The notes: a model not told the origin generated them from the letters alone. A DNA stretch of 64,000 nucleotides from Bacteroidales bacterium (GCA_021373135.1 JAJFTH010000003.1:898435-962434), one strand, 5' to 3'. Shown: positions 39,033 through 49,082, counted from the stretch's first letter. Translations and numbers: made by a program.

Positions 39033-39614
39033 TCAGTGGCAACTGCCACAACCGCAGTTAGCTTCGTCTTCATGCTCGCCACAGCCGTCGCAACCTTCTT
39101 CACCACATCCGCAGCCACAACCGCCGCCCATGAGTTGTTTCACCTCTTCTTCGGATGGTTCGCGTATGACCAATACTTGACCGATAAAGTGAAGGTCTTC
39201 GCCAGCCAACGGATGGTTGAAGTCCATTTTTACATGCTCTTCTCCGATCGAAACAACGGCACCGTCAAGGCGATTGCCGTTCTGGTCCATCATCGGAACG
39301 ATATTGTTCTCGAAAATGACATCTTCGTCGATTTTTCCGTCAACTTCAAATACTGAACGTGGAATGTCTACAACTTGTTCATCCGAATATTCTCCGTATG
39401 CGTCTTCTGAAGCAAGTGTGAAATCAAAAGAAGCACCTTCCGAAAGACCAGCCAGGTTATTTTCGAATGCTTCAAGCATCATTCCTGTTCCGAAGATAAA
39501 TGATAGAGGCTTTTCTGCTGTTGCTTTTTCCATTAATTCTGGCTCATTGCCATCTTCACCACCTACATATAAGTCATAAGACGCTGAGACAAACTTGTTT
39601 GTTGAAACCTTCAT
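39033..39614 (-). CDS. slyD: FKBP-type peptidyl-prolyl isomerase SlyD with Cys/Gly-rich metal-binding tail
   Basis: SlyD-like FKBP and IF-domain sequence (VSASYDLYVGG...NHPLAGEDLHFIGQVL). The C-terminal tail is GGGCGCGCGEEGCDGCGEHEDEANCGCGSCH. Confidence 0.85.
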   Translation of the reverse strand: MKVSTNKFVSASYDLYVGGEDGNEPELMEKATAEKPLSFIFGTGMMLEAFENNLAGLSEGASFDFTLASEDAYGEYSDEQVVDIPRSVFEVDGKIDEDVIFENNIVPMMDQNGNRLDGAVVSIGEEHVKMDFNHPLAGEDLHFIGQVLVIREPSEEEVKQLMGGGCGCGCGEEGCDGCGEHEDEANCGCGSCH

Positions 39615-39713
39615 TTTTTAAGGGTATAAATTATTAATGCGTTTGTTTGGGGTATGAAAGAGGGTTGTATTGTTCAACTCCATCCGATCAAGCTGCAAAG
39701 GTAAGAAAAATTC

Positions 39714-40895
39714 TCAGGAGAATAATTCATCAACAGCAGTTTTGAGTTGGTTCATAGCTTTTTGTAGAGAGTCTCTGGTACAGCCTACATTCATTCTCAT
39801 AAACCCTTCTCCTCCTTTTCCGAAACTGTTTCCTGCATTTAATCCGAGTTTGGCCTTGGTAATAAAGAAATTCTGAAGGTCTTTGGGTGACATTTTCAGA
39901 TCCCGGCAATCAAGCCATACCAAAAAAGAGGCCTGTGGAACACATTCTTTTATCTGAGGTATATTTTTTTTGAGAAATTGGTCTACAAAGTCGATATTTC
40001 CCTGAATGTATTCCATCGATTGTCTGAGCCAGTCTTCTCCGTTTTCATAAGCGGCTTGTGCAGCAGTAAATGCAAAGATGTTGCCATGGGATAGTTCTGC
40101 ATTGTCCATGAATCGCTGGAATTTTGTCAGCAATTCTTGATTTTGAATCACATAGAAAGAACTGCTCAGACCAGGCATGTTAAATGTCTTGCTGGGAGCC
40201 ATCAGGGTAATGATCTTTTCCTGTTTTTTAGAAGATAGAGATCCCAGCGTGGCATGAGTATGACCGGGCAGGGCAAGGTCGGCATGGATTTCGTCGGAAA
40301 CGATAATGATTCCATACTTTTCGCAAATGGAAATCATCTTCAAAAGTTCTTCTTTTGTCCATATCCGCCCTCCAGGGTTATGCGGACTGCAAAGAATGAA
40401 CATTTTGCAACCTGATGCTGCTTTGACTTCAAAGTCTTCGAAGTCTATTTCCCATTGTCCATTTTTATATAATAGGGGATTGATAACGAGCTTTCTGCCA
40501 TTTTTGGTTGGAACATTATGAAATGGAGGATAAACCGGTGATTGGATTAGAACCTTTTCACCAGGTTTTGTAAAACATTGAATGAGAAAGGCAATACCTG
40601 CAACGATACCGGGCACAAATCCCATTTCCTTTGGAGAGACGTTCCACTGGTATCTTTTTTGCAACCATGAATGAATGGCTTTGCTCCAGCCTTCAGGAAT
40701 AAGTGAATATCCAAGTACTTCATGTTCTGTGCGTTTTCGGATGGCTTCAAGAATAAAATCCGGTGTAGCAAAATCCATATCGGCTATCCACATAGGCATG
40801 ATATCGGTGGTGCCGAATTCTTCTTTGGCTGAGTCATATTTGAGGCAGTTGCTATGGTTTCTGTCAATATTTTTGTCAAAAGAATATTGCTTCAT
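39714..40895 (-). CDS. MalY/PatB-family PLP-dependent C-S lyase (cystathionine beta-lyase-like)
   Basis: Class I/II aminotransferase fold (DIMPMWIADMDF, CSPHNPGGRIWTKEEL, SPSKTFNMPGL with the PLP lysine). Confidence 0.8.
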   Translation of the reverse strand: MKQYSFDKNIDRNHSNCLKYDSAKEEFGTTDIMPMWIADMDFATPDFILEAIRKRTEHEVLGYSLIPEGWSKAIHSWLQKRYQWNVSPKEMGFVPGIVAGIAFLIQCFTKPGEKVLIQSPVYPPFHNVPTKNGRKLVINPLLYKNGQWEIDFEDFEVKAASGCKMFILCSPHNPGGRIWTKEELLKMISICEKYGIIIVSDEIHADLALPGHTHATLGSLSSKKQEKIITLMAPSKTFNMPGLSSSFYVIQNQELLTKFQRFMDNAELSHGNIFAFTAAQAAYENGEDWLRQSMEYIQGNIDFVDQFLKKNIPQIKECVPQASFLVWLDCRDLKMSPKDLQNFFITKAKLGLNAGNSFGKGGEGFMRMNVGCTRDSLQKAMNQLKTAVDELFS

Positions 40896-41108
40896 AATTA
40901 GGAGAGTTTTTTAGTTCATAAGTATATGTTAATTTTCCTGCAAATTTAGTAGTTTTTGCTATAAGTTTTCATTTTTTTTCGATAAACTGAACAGCATTTT
41001 TAAATACTATTGTAAAATGGCAGTAAAATGGCCTCAAAAAATTACATATTGTACGGAAAACGGCTTATTAAAAACGAATATGAATTAAAAATACCCAATA
41101 AAATAGTA

Positions 41109-41116
41109 TATCTTTG
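41109..41116 (+). promoter_or_regulatory. -7 promoter box (TATCTTTG) for the ilv operon
   Basis: Exact TAnnTTTG match ending 16 nt upstream of the ilvD ATG at 41132. This leaves no room for a leader peptide or attenuator. Confidence 0.5.
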
Positions 41117-41131
41117 TCCGAAAATATAAAA

Positions 41132-42967
41132 ATGATGAAACAACCACTAAGAAGTTCCACAAATACTGTAGGCCGTCGCATGGCCGGAGCAAGGGCTTTA
41201 TGGGTTGCCAACGGAATGAAACCTGAACAAATTGGAAAACCCATCATTGCCATAGTGAATTCTTTTACACAGTTTGTCCCCGGACATGTGCATTTGCATG
41301 AGATTGGACAGTTGGTGAAAGCCGAAATCGAAAAGATGGGCTGTTTTGCAGCCGAATTCAATACCATCGCCATCGATGATGGAATAGCCATGGGGCATGA
41401 CGGTATGTTATATTCTCTCCCAAGCAGGGATATCATTGCAGACAGTGTCGAATACATGGTCAATGCGCATAAGGCTGACGCTATGGTGTGTATTTCAAAT
41501 TGTGACAAAATTACGCCAGGAATGCTCATGGCATCCATGCGCATGAATATCCCGACCGTTTTTGTCTCCGGAGGTCCGATGGAAGCCGGAGAACTGGATG
41601 GCGTTCATCTGGATTTGATTGATGCCATGGTGCAGTCTGCTGATGAAAGTGTCAGTGATGCCCAGGTAGCCCGTGTTGAAAAATCGGCTTGTCCTACCTG
41701 TGGATGTTGCTCCGGAATGTTTACGGCAAATTCCATGAATTGTCTGAATGAGGCTATCGGTATGGCTTTGCCTGGAAATGGAACGATCGTGGCTACGCAC
41801 GAAAACAGGATCCGTTTGTTTAAGGATGCGGCTAAACTGATTGTGGAGAATGCCAGAAAATATTACGAAGAAGGGGATGAAAGTGTTCTTCCCAGAAGCA
41901 TTGCAACCAGATCTGCATTCCTGAACGCCATGACGCTCGATATTGCGATGGGTGGTTCAACCAATACGGTACTTCATTTACTTGCCGTTGCAAGCGAAGC
42001 AGAAGTTGATTTTACCATGGATGACATTGATGCGCTTTCCCGCAAGACTCCTTGCTTGTGTAAGGTGGCTCCAAATACCCAAAAATATCATTTACAGGAT
42101 GTAAACCGCGCCGGTGGCATTTTGAATATCATGGGTGAACTTGCAAAACATCAATTGGTGGACACAAGCGTTGTGCGTGTGGACGGAATGACCTTGGCCG
42201 AGGCTATCGGTCAGTATGATTGTACCAAATCCCAGGTAAGTGAAAAGGCACAATCAATTTATAAATCTGCCCCCGCAGGCAAATTTAATTTGGTGATGGG
42301 TTCGCAGAAAACCAATTACAAAGAATTGGACACAGATCGTGCAGAAGGTTGTATCCGTGACTTTGAACACGCCTATACCAAGGATGGAGGGATGGGAATC
42401 TTAAAAGGAAATATCGCCGTAGATGGCTGTGTGGTTAAGACCGCAGGTGTTGACGAAAGTCTCTGGCATTTTAAGGGAACCGCAAAAGTGTATGACTCTC
42501 AGGAAGCCGCCAGTGAAGGAATCTTAAAAGGAGAGGTTGTAGCCGGAGATGTAGTCGTAATCACACATGAAGGTCCGAAAGGCGGTCCGGGTATGCAGGA
42601 AATGCTTTACCCGACTTCTTACCTCAAGTCAAAACATTTAGGAAAAGTTTGTGCATTGATTACAGACGGTCGTTTTTCCGGTGGCACATCAGGCCTTTCC
42701 ATCGGGCATGTTTCTCCCGAAGCAGCCAGTGGCGGTGCTATTGGCTTATTGAGAAACGGCGATGTCATTGATATCAATATTCCCGAACGCAGCATCAATG
42801 TCTTGTTGAGTGATGAGGAATTGGATAAACGCCGTAAACAAGAGGTGGCAAGAGGTTCTAAAGCATTTACAGCCCCCAAACGTGATCGTTTCGTGCCTAA
42901 ATCTTTAAGAGCTTATGCTTCTATGGTCAGTTCCGCAGATAAGGGCGCAGTTCGAATAATTGACTAA
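41132..42967 (+). CDS. ilvD: dihydroxy-acid dehydratase
   Basis: Canonical IlvD blocks ([47 protein letters not shown]). Start set to the ATG at 41132. Confidence 0.95.
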   Translation: MMKQPLRSSTNTVGRRMAGARALWVANGMKPEQIGKPIIAIVNSFTQFVPGHVHLHEIGQLVKAEIEKMGCFAAEFNTIAIDDGIAMGHDGMLYSLPSRDIIADSVEYMVNAHKADAMVCISNCDKITPGMLMASMRMNIPTVFVSGGPMEAGELDGVHLDLIDAMVQSADESVSDAQVARVEKSACPTCGCCSGMFTANSMNCLNEAIGMALPGNGTIVATHENRIRLFKDAAKLIVENARKYYEEGDESVLPRSIATRSAFLNAMTLDIAMGGSTNTVLHLLAVASEAEVDFTMDDIDALSRKTPCLCKVAPNTQKYHLQDVNRAGGILNIMGELAKHQLVDTSVVRVDGMTLAEAIGQYDCTKSQVSEKAQSIYKSAPAGKFNLVMGSQKTNYKELDTDRAEGCIRDFEHAYTKDGGMGILKGNIAVDGCVVKTAGVDESLWHFKGTAKVYDSQEAASEGILKGEVVAGDVVVITHEGPKGGPGMQEMLYPTSYLKSKHLGKVCALITDGRFSGGTSGLSIGHVSPEAASGGAIGLLRNGDVIDINIPERSINVLLSDEELDKRRKQEVARGSKAFTAPKRDRFVPKSLRAYASMVSSADKGAVRIID

Positions 42968-42974
42968 ATAAATC

Positions 42975-44672
42975 ATGGAAAAGAAAATAATGAAGGGTGC
43001 CGAGGCGCTTATGTGTTCTCTGATTGAAGAGAATGTGAACACCATATTCGGTTATCCGGGTGGCCAGATCATCACTGTTTTTGACGCATTGTATTCTTAC
43101 AGGGATTCTTTTCAGTATATACTTACCCGTCATGAACAGGGTGCCATACATGCAGCACAAGGTTATGCAAGGGTTTCCGGAGATACCGGAGTTGTTATTG
43201 TGACTTCAGGACCCGGTGCAACCAATGTCATCACCGGATTGGCTGATGCCATGCTGGACAGTACGCCGCTTGTCGTCATCACCGGACAGGTTGGAGCTTC
43301 TTTGCTTGGCTCTGATGCTTTTCAGGAAACGGATGTGATAGGTGTCACCCAGCCTATCACCAAATGGAGTTACCAGATACGCAAAGCCTCGGAAATTCCC
43401 TGGGCTGTTGCCCGCGCTTTCTATATTGCCCGTGAAGGCAGACCCGGCCCTGTCGTTTTGGATCTTACAAAAGATGCTCAAAGCGAAATGGTGGAGTTCT
43501 CTTACAAGAAATGTATTTTCATCCGCAGTTATCAGCCATATCCTGAACTCCAACCTGAAAATATTGCTCAGGCTGCAGAGATGATCAATAAAGCCAAACG
43601 TCCGATGGCACTGGTGGGACAGGGCGTCCTATTAGGCCATGCCGAAGAAGAACTCAAGGCTTTTCTGACGAAGGCCGACATTCCTGCAGGAAGTACTTTG
43701 TTGGGACTTTCTGCATTATCCAGCGATTTTAGCTTATATAAAGGTCTGCTTGGAATGCATGGAAATCTCGGCCCCAATAAAAAAACGGCAGAATGTGATG
43801 TACTGATTGCCATTGGAATGCGTTTTGATGACAGGGTCACCGGCGATTTGAAAAAATATGCCAAGCAAGCTAAAGTCATTCATTTCGACATAGATACTTC
43901 TGAAATAGACAAGAATGTCAAGACTTCTGTTGCTGTATTGGGTAATGCCAAGGAAACGCTTCCGGCTGTGACCGAATTATTGCAACCTGCCCGACATACA
44001 GCATGGATCCAGAGTTTTGAGGCCTGTGAAAAAGAGGAAATGGAACGGGTCATCATCCCTGAAATCATGCCTATAGCAGGTCCGATAACCATGGGAGAAG
44101 TTGTTAACAGGGTATCTGAAGCAACCAACCATGAGGCTATTTTGGTGACTGATGTCGGCCAGAACCAAATGATTGCAGCCAGGTATTTCAAATTCTCCAG
44201 GAGTCGTAGCATGATTACTTCCGGAGGACTTGGAACAATGGGCTTTGGACTTCCCGCATCCATTGGTGCAGCCTTGGGAGCTCCGGAACGCAGAGTCTGT
44301 TTTTTTACAGGTGATGGAGGTATTCAAATGACGCTTCAGGAATTGGGAACCATCATGCAATATAAAATTCCGGTCAAGATCATTATCTTGAACAACAACT
44401 TTTTGGGTATGGTCCGTCAGTGGCAGGAACTGTTTTATAGAGAAAGATACTCTTCAACACCCATGAATAATCCTGATTTTCCAAAAATTGCGGAAGCTTA
44501 CGGCATCGCAGGAAAAAAGGTAACCAAACGTGAGGATTTGGATGATGCCATCGAGGAAATGCTGAAAGACAATAAGGCTTACCTGCTTGAAGTGGAAGTG
44601 GAAGAAAACGGCATGGTTTATCCCATGATTCCGGCCGGAACCAGCGTAGACCAAATTATTTTAGGAGATTAA
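42975..44672 (+). CDS. ilvB: acetolactate synthase (biosynthetic), large subunit
   Basis: TPP enzyme blocks (GYPGGQI, TSGPGATN, GLGTMGFGLPASIGA, GDGGIQMTLQEL). Confidence 0.93.
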   Translation: MEKKIMKGAEALMCSLIEENVNTIFGYPGGQIITVFDALYSYRDSFQYILTRHEQGAIHAAQGYARVSGDTGVVIVTSGPGATNVITGLADAMLDSTPLVVITGQVGASLLGSDAFQETDVIGVTQPITKWSYQIRKASEIPWAVARAFYIAREGRPGPVVLDLTKDAQSEMVEFSYKKCIFIRSYQPYPELQPENIAQAAEMINKAKRPMALVGQGVLLGHAEEELKAFLTKADIPAGSTLLGLSALSSDFSLYKGLLGMHGNLGPNKKTAECDVLIAIGMRFDDRVTGDLKKYAKQAKVIHFDIDTSEIDKNVKTSVAVLGNAKETLPAVTELLQPARHTAWIQSFEACEKEEMERVIIPEIMPIAGPITMGEVVNRVSEATNHEAILVTDVGQNQMIAARYFKFSRSRSMITSGGLGTMGFGLPASIGAALGAPERRVCFFTGDGGIQMTLQELGTIMQYKIPVKIIILNNNFLGMVRQWQELFYRERYSSTPMNNPDFPKIAEAYGIAGKKVTKREDLDDAIEEMLKDNKAYLLEVEVEENGMVYPMIPAGTSVDQIILGD

Positions 44673-44676
44673 GCAC

Positions 44677-45231
44677 ATGGAAAAGACACTCTATACCATC
44701 ACGGTTTATACAGAAAATTTTGTTGGCCTTTTGAACCAAATCACCATCATTTTTACGCGTCGTCAGATCAATATAGAATCTTTGACTGTATCAAAATCCT
44801 CCATTCCCGGAATTCACAAGTTTACCATTACCGCTGAAACGGATTTGGAAATGGTCAAAAAGGTGGTGAAACAGATTGAAAAACGGATTGATGTATTGAA
44901 AGCTTTCTATCATACGGATGATGATGTCATCTATCAGGAGGTGGCTTTATATAAGATTGGTGCGGAAGCGATGCTGGATAATCCGGAGATCGAAAGCATT
45001 GTCCGGAAATACAATGCACGTATTCTGGAAGTAAACCGTTCTTACGGTGTTTTGGAATTGTCCGGTCATACCGAAGATACTCAGGAATTGTTTGAACGAT
45101 TGAAGGAATTCCATGTATTGCAATTTGTCCGTTCCGGCAGGATTGCCATCACGAAATCAACGGTAGAAAGGCTGAGCGACTTTCTGGCAGAAATGGAAGC
45201 CCGTAATCCGGAGCATCAATGCAAAAAATAG
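44677..45231 (+). CDS. ilvN: acetolactate synthase small (regulatory) subunit
   Basis: ACT-domain N-terminus (YTITVYTENFVGLLNQITIIFTRRQINIESLTV). Sits 4 nt after ilvB. Confidence 0.88.
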   Translation: MEKTLYTITVYTENFVGLLNQITIIFTRRQINIESLTVSKSSIPGIHKFTITAETDLEMVKKVVKQIEKRIDVLKAFYHTDDDVIYQEVALYKIGAEAMLDNPEIESIVRKYNARILEVNRSYGVLELSGHTEDTQELFERLKEFHVLQFVRSGRIAITKSTVERLSDFLAEMEARNPEHQCKK

Positions 45232-45953
45232 CCAGGTACGATTATAAGGTTCAGCCGATGGATGTGGATTTCAATGAAACCATCCGTTTTACGCAAATGG
45301 GAGGTTATTTGTTGCATGCCGCCGGCGAACATGCCGAAAAAAATGGGTTCGGAACCAACGTTCTTCATGAGCAGAATCTGGCTTGGGTTTTGTCGCGGCT
45401 TGCCATAGAGATGTACCGGTATCCTTCATCGGAAGAATTATTTCAGGTTGAGACCTGGATTGAGAATTATACCCGTATTTCCACCACCCGTAATTTCAGG
45501 ATGCTGGATGCTGCCGGTGAGGTTATTGGTGCTGCTTCAAGTATTTGGTGCATGTTGGACATGACTACCCGAAAGGCCATCGATCTCAAATCGAAACAGG
45601 AATATGCGGCTTTTGCCACCGGAATATCGTCCCTGATAGAAAGTCCGGTGAAGGTTGCAGGTGTAGATGGGCATTCGGTGTCGAGACACAGGGTAAAATA
45701 CAGTGACATTGATTTTAACCGTCATGCAAACAGCATGAAATATTTAGAGTGGATGGTCGATCTGTTTCCATTGGAAGCTTTTTCCCATCAGAAGGTTAAA
45801 CGAGTCGATATAAACTATATCAATGAAGTTCTTTTTGGAGAAATTGTTGAAATTTATCAGGATTTTTCACAAACCGGAAAGTGTCTTTTTGATCTTCGCA
45901 GAGGCGAGGATATGATTTGCAAAGCACAGATTTTATTCGAAAATGATATATAA
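45219..45953 (+). CDS. acyl-ACP thioesterase (FatA/B-like hot-dog fold)
   Basis: 244 aa. The pattern YKVQPMDVDFNETIRFTQMGGYLLHAAGEHAEKNGFG...LAWVLSRLAIEM...WCMLDMTTRK...SDIDFNRHANSMKYLEWM is typical of bacterial acyl-ACP thioesterases. The ATG overlaps the ilvN 3' end by 13 nt. Confidence 0.75.
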   Translation: MQKIARYDYKVQPMDVDFNETIRFTQMGGYLLHAAGEHAEKNGFGTNVLHEQNLAWVLSRLAIEMYRYPSSEELFQVETWIENYTRISTTRNFRMLDAAGEVIGAASSIWCMLDMTTRKAIDLKSKQEYAAFATGISSLIESPVKVAGVDGHSVSRHRVKYSDIDFNRHANSMKYLEWMVDLFPLEAFSHQKVKRVDINYINEVLFGEIVEIYQDFSQTGKCLFDLRRGEDMICKAQILFENDI

Positions 45954-45977
45954 TTGGGCATTTATTAAATAAAGTCG

Positions 45978-45985
45978 TACTTTTG
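45978..45985 (+). promoter_or_regulatory. -7 box (TACTTTTG), possible internal promoter for ilvC
   Basis: Exact TAnnTTTG in the 85-nt gap between the thioesterase gene and ilvC. Confidence 0.4.
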
Positions 45986-46038
45986 TACCCGAAAGAAGTT
46001 GAAAATTATTACAATTTTATATTTTAATTCTAAAGAAA

Positions 46039-47085
46039 ATGGCAGTTATTAATTTTGGCGGTGTTGAAGAAAATGTGGAGACCCGCGAAGAATTTCCCTT
46101 GGAAAAAGCACGTGAAGTGATGAAAGATGAAACAATCGCAGTGATTGGTTATGGCGTTCAAGGTCCGGGACAATCCCTGAATCTTCGCGATAACGGTTTC
46201 AATGTAATTGTAGGCCAACGCAAGGGTGGAAAGACATGGGACAAGGCAGTCGCAGACGGCTGGGTTCCGGGAGAAACTTTATTTGAAATTGAAGAAGCTT
46301 GCAAACGTGCAACTGTGATTCAATACCTATTGTCTGATGCTGCCCAGATTGAAGTTTGGCCACGCATCAAACCATACCTGACAGCTGGAAAAGCTTTGTA
46401 TTTTTCTCATGGTTTTGCCATTACATACAAAGAACGTACAAACATTGTACCACCGGCAAACATTGATGTGATCATGGTTGCGCCTAAGGGTTCCGGTACG
46501 TCATTACGCACCATGTTTCTGGAAGGCCGCGGGTTGAACTCTTCCTTTGCTATTTTCCAGGATGCTACCGGTCGTGCTAAAGAACGTGTACTTGCTCTTG
46601 GTATCGGTGTTGGTTCCGGTTATCTGTTTGAAACAACTTTCAAACGCGAAGTTTATTCCGACCTGACCGGTGAACGTGGTACCTTGATGGGTGCGATCCA
46701 AGGTTTGTTGCTTGCCCAATACGAAACACTCCGTGAAAACGGTCATACACCTTCTGAGGCATTCAATGAAACCGTTGAAGAACTGACTCAGTCTTTGATG
46801 CCTTTGTTTGCAAAGAACGGTATGGACTGGATGTACGCAAATTGTTCCACCACTGCCCAACGCGGTGCTTTGGACTGGATGGGCCCGTTCCATGATGCGA
46901 CCAAGCCGGTTTTTCAAAAACTATATGCAGAAGTTGCTTGCGGCAATGAAGCTCAGCGTTCCATCAATTCCAACTCTAAAGTTGACTATCGCGAAAAGCT
47001 GAACGAAGAACTGAAAGCTTTGCGTGAAAGTGAAATGTGGAGAACCGGTGCCGTGGTTCGTAAATTGCGTCCTGAAAACAATTAA
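46039..47085 (+). CDS. ilvC: ketol-acid reductoisomerase (class I)
   Basis: IGYGVQGPGQSLNLRDNG Rossmann motif and an IlvC body (YFSHGFAI, SDLTGERG). Confidence 0.95.
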   Translation: MAVINFGGVEENVETREEFPLEKAREVMKDETIAVIGYGVQGPGQSLNLRDNGFNVIVGQRKGGKTWDKAVADGWVPGETLFEIEEACKRATVIQYLLSDAAQIEVWPRIKPYLTAGKALYFSHGFAITYKERTNIVPPANIDVIMVAPKGSGTSLRTMFLEGRGLNSSFAIFQDATGRAKERVLALGIGVGSGYLFETTFKREVYSDLTGERGTLMGAIQGLLLAQYETLRENGHTPSEAFNETVEELTQSLMPLFAKNGMDWMYANCSTTAQRGALDWMGPFHDATKPVFQKLYAEVACGNEAQRSINSNSKVDYREKLNEELKALRESEMWRTGAVVRKLRPENN

Positions 47086-47106
47086 AATTTAGGATAGATA
47101 TCATAA

Positions 47107-47149
47107 AAGAAGCGAACCTCAAAAGTCTTTTGGGGTTCGCTTCTTTTTT
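47107..47149 (+). terminator. rho-independent terminator of the ilv operon
   Basis: AAGAAGCGAACCTCAAAAG/CTTTTGGGGTTCGCTTCTT long stem (one G-U), followed by TTTT. Confidence 0.8.
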
Positions 47150-47250
47150 GAGATACCCTTTTTGAGGGATCAATCAGTTGGTCAATGTTATTGAAGATGA
47201 ATGTCCGCTTTTTTTGAGATACTTTTTTTTGAGCGGGCATTCCGATATTA

Positions 47251-48750
47251 TCAGGAATTTCTTTGATCTTTCAGAATGACATCATGGGCTCCGCCTTCAA
47301 TGATGCTGGTTGAAGAAACAAGTGTCACTTTTGTTTTGGTTTTGAGTTCGGACAGATTGGTGACGCCGCAGCTGCACATGGTTGATTTTACTTTACCCAG
47401 TGTCATGTCCATATTATCCTTCAGTTTCCCGGCATAAGGAACAAAACTGTCAACGCCTTCTTCAAATTTCAAGCCGTCGGAGCCACCCATGTCATAACGT
47501 TGCCAGTTGCGTGCACGGTTGGAGCCTTCACCCCAGTATTCCTTCACATAGTTACCACCTACCAGGAGCTTGCGCGTCGGACTTTCGTCAAAGCGGGCAA
47601 AATAGCGTCCCATCATCAGAAAGTCTGCGCCCATGGATAACGCGAGCACCATGTGGTAATCCTGCACGATACCACCATCAGAGCAGATTGGAATATAATC
47701 TCCGGTTCTTTCGTAATATTCGTCACGAGCTTCAGCCACTTCAATCAGGGAGGTGGCTTGGCCTCTTCCTATACCTTTTTGTTCACGGGTGATGCAAATG
47801 GAACCACCGCCGATGCCGACCTTGATGAAATCAGCTCCAGCTTCTGCCAGGTATAAAAAACCATCCCTGTCGACAACGTTTCCGGCACCGACTTTTACTT
47901 TTCCATGGTAGGCTTTTTTAATATATTCCAACGTCTCTTTTTGCCAAACGGAATATCCGTCTGAGGAATCGAGGCACAAGACGTCGGCACCTGCTTCAAG
48001 CAATTTTGGAACACGTTCCTTGAAATCACGGGTGTTGATTCCGGCACCCACAAGCAGTTTTTTGTGCTCGTCCGAAAGTTCATTCGGATTTTCTTTGTGG
48101 TCGTCATAATCCTTGCGGAAAACCAAATATTTCAGATTTTGATTTTTGTCGATGATCGGGAGGCAATTCAATTTATGATCCCAAATAATGTCATTGGCTT
48201 CACTCAGTGAGATTCCAAATTCACCGGTGATTAGTTTGTCAAACGGCGTCATCACCTCTTTGACTTTCATGTCTAAGCTATCTTTTCCGGGTCTGTAATC
48301 ACGTCCGGTAATGATGCCCATCAATTTTCCGTCAGGACTACCGTCTTCGGTAACACCAAAGGTGGAATGCCCGGTTTTTTCTTTGATGGTAATCATGTCT
48401 TGAAGTAGATTATCAGGGGTCAGGTTGGCATCACTGACCACAAATCCGGATTTGTATTTTTTGACTTTCCTGACCATTTCAGCCTGTTCCTCTATCGCTT
48501 GTGAACCATAAATAAAAGAGATTCCTCCGTTTTTAGCGAGGGCGATGGCCATGTTGTGATCGGAAACTGACTGCATGATTGCAGATACAAAAGGAACATT
48601 TAATGTGATATCCGATTCCTGACCCTTTTTGAATTTTACCAACGGGGTTTTCAGTGATACCAAATCAGGAACGCAATTTTTTGTAGTTAAACCCGGTATC
48701 AACAGGTACTCGCTAAACGTTCTCGAAATGTCATTTAAGTATTGTGCCAT
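47251..48750 (-). CDS. guaB: IMP dehydrogenase (CBS-domain containing)
   Basis: Catalytic loop [20 protein letters not shown], a CBS pair in the 110-230 aa region, and GEGS...EEGV. Start set to the ATG at 48750 ([12 protein letters not shown]). Confidence 0.88.
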   Translation of the reverse strand: MAQYLNDISRTFSEYLLIPGLTTKNCVPDLVSLKTPLVKFKKGQESDITLNVPFVSAIMQSVSDHNMAIALAKNGGISFIYGSQAIEEQAEMVRKVKKYKSGFVVSDANLTPDNLLQDMITIKEKTGHSTFGVTEDGSPDGKLMGIITGRDYRPGKDSLDMKVKEVMTPFDKLITGEFGISLSEANDIIWDHKLNCLPIIDKNQNLKYLVFRKDYDDHKENPNELSDEHKKLLVGAGINTRDFKERVPKLLEAGADVLCLDSSDGYSVWQKETLEYIKKAYHGKVKVGAGNVVDRDGFLYLAEAGADFIKVGIGGGSICITREQKGIGRGQATSLIEVAEARDEYYERTGDYIPICSDGGIVQDYHMVLALSMGADFLMMGRYFARFDESPTRKLLVGGNYVKEYWGEGSNRARNWQRYDMGGSDGLKFEEGVDSFVPYAGKLKDNMDMTLGKVKSTMCSCGVTNLSELKTKTKVTLVSSTSIIEGGAHDVILKDQRNS

Positions 48751-48947
48751 AAATCCTCCTTCTTTTAAAAAATTTTGCGAAGTTACAAATTTTCCTGTTA
48801 AATTTAAACAGGTATCCGGCAAAAAAGCATATAGAACCTGATCATGATTTTGATATAAATATAGTTTCTGTGGATTTTTAAAAGAGCTTCCATGAAAATA
48901 TTCGGACAGATTTTCTAACCTCTTCTATGATTATTACAAAGATTTTG

Positions 48948-48955
48948 TACTTTTG
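48948..48955 (+). promoter_or_regulatory. -7 promoter box (TACTTTTG) for tRNA-Gly
   Basis: Exact TAnnTTTG ending 16 nt upstream of the tRNA 5' end. Confidence 0.5.
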
Positions 48956-48970
48956 CAGCACCAAAGGAAT

Positions 48971-49043
48971 GCGGAAATAGCTCAGTTGGTAGAGCATCAG
49001 CTTCCCAAGCTGAGGGTCGCGGGTTCGAGTCCCGTTTTCCGCT
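48971..49043 (+). tRNA. tRNA-Gly (anticodon CCC)
   Basis: Hand fold. Acceptor GCGGAAA/TTTCCGC, D arm GCTC..GAGC, anticodon stem TCAGC/GCTGA with loop TTCCCAA, T arm GCGGG-TTCGAGT-CCCGT, discriminator T. Confidence 0.9.
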
Positions 49044-49053
49044 CAAAACTTTG

Positions 49054-49082
49054 AAAGCGAATCTGAAAAGATTCGCTTTTTT
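49054..49082 (+). terminator. rho-independent terminator after tRNA-Gly
   Basis: AAAGCGAATC-TGAAAA-GATTCGCTTT followed by a T-run. Confidence 0.75.

Noticed and set aside
41068-41544. 158-aa minus-strand ORF overlapping the ilvD 5' end and promoter.
   Set aside because: It overlaps the strongly supported ilvD N-terminus and its -7 box and is Cys/Met/Ser-rich nonsense. I rejected it as spurious.
47144-47240. The repeated tttttgagatac motif (about 47144-47156 and 47211-47222) and the GAATGTCCGC/GCGGGCATTC inverted repeat between ilvC and guaB.
   Set aside because: These are most simply the back-to-back terminator region of two convergent transcription units. The repeat is short and T-rich.
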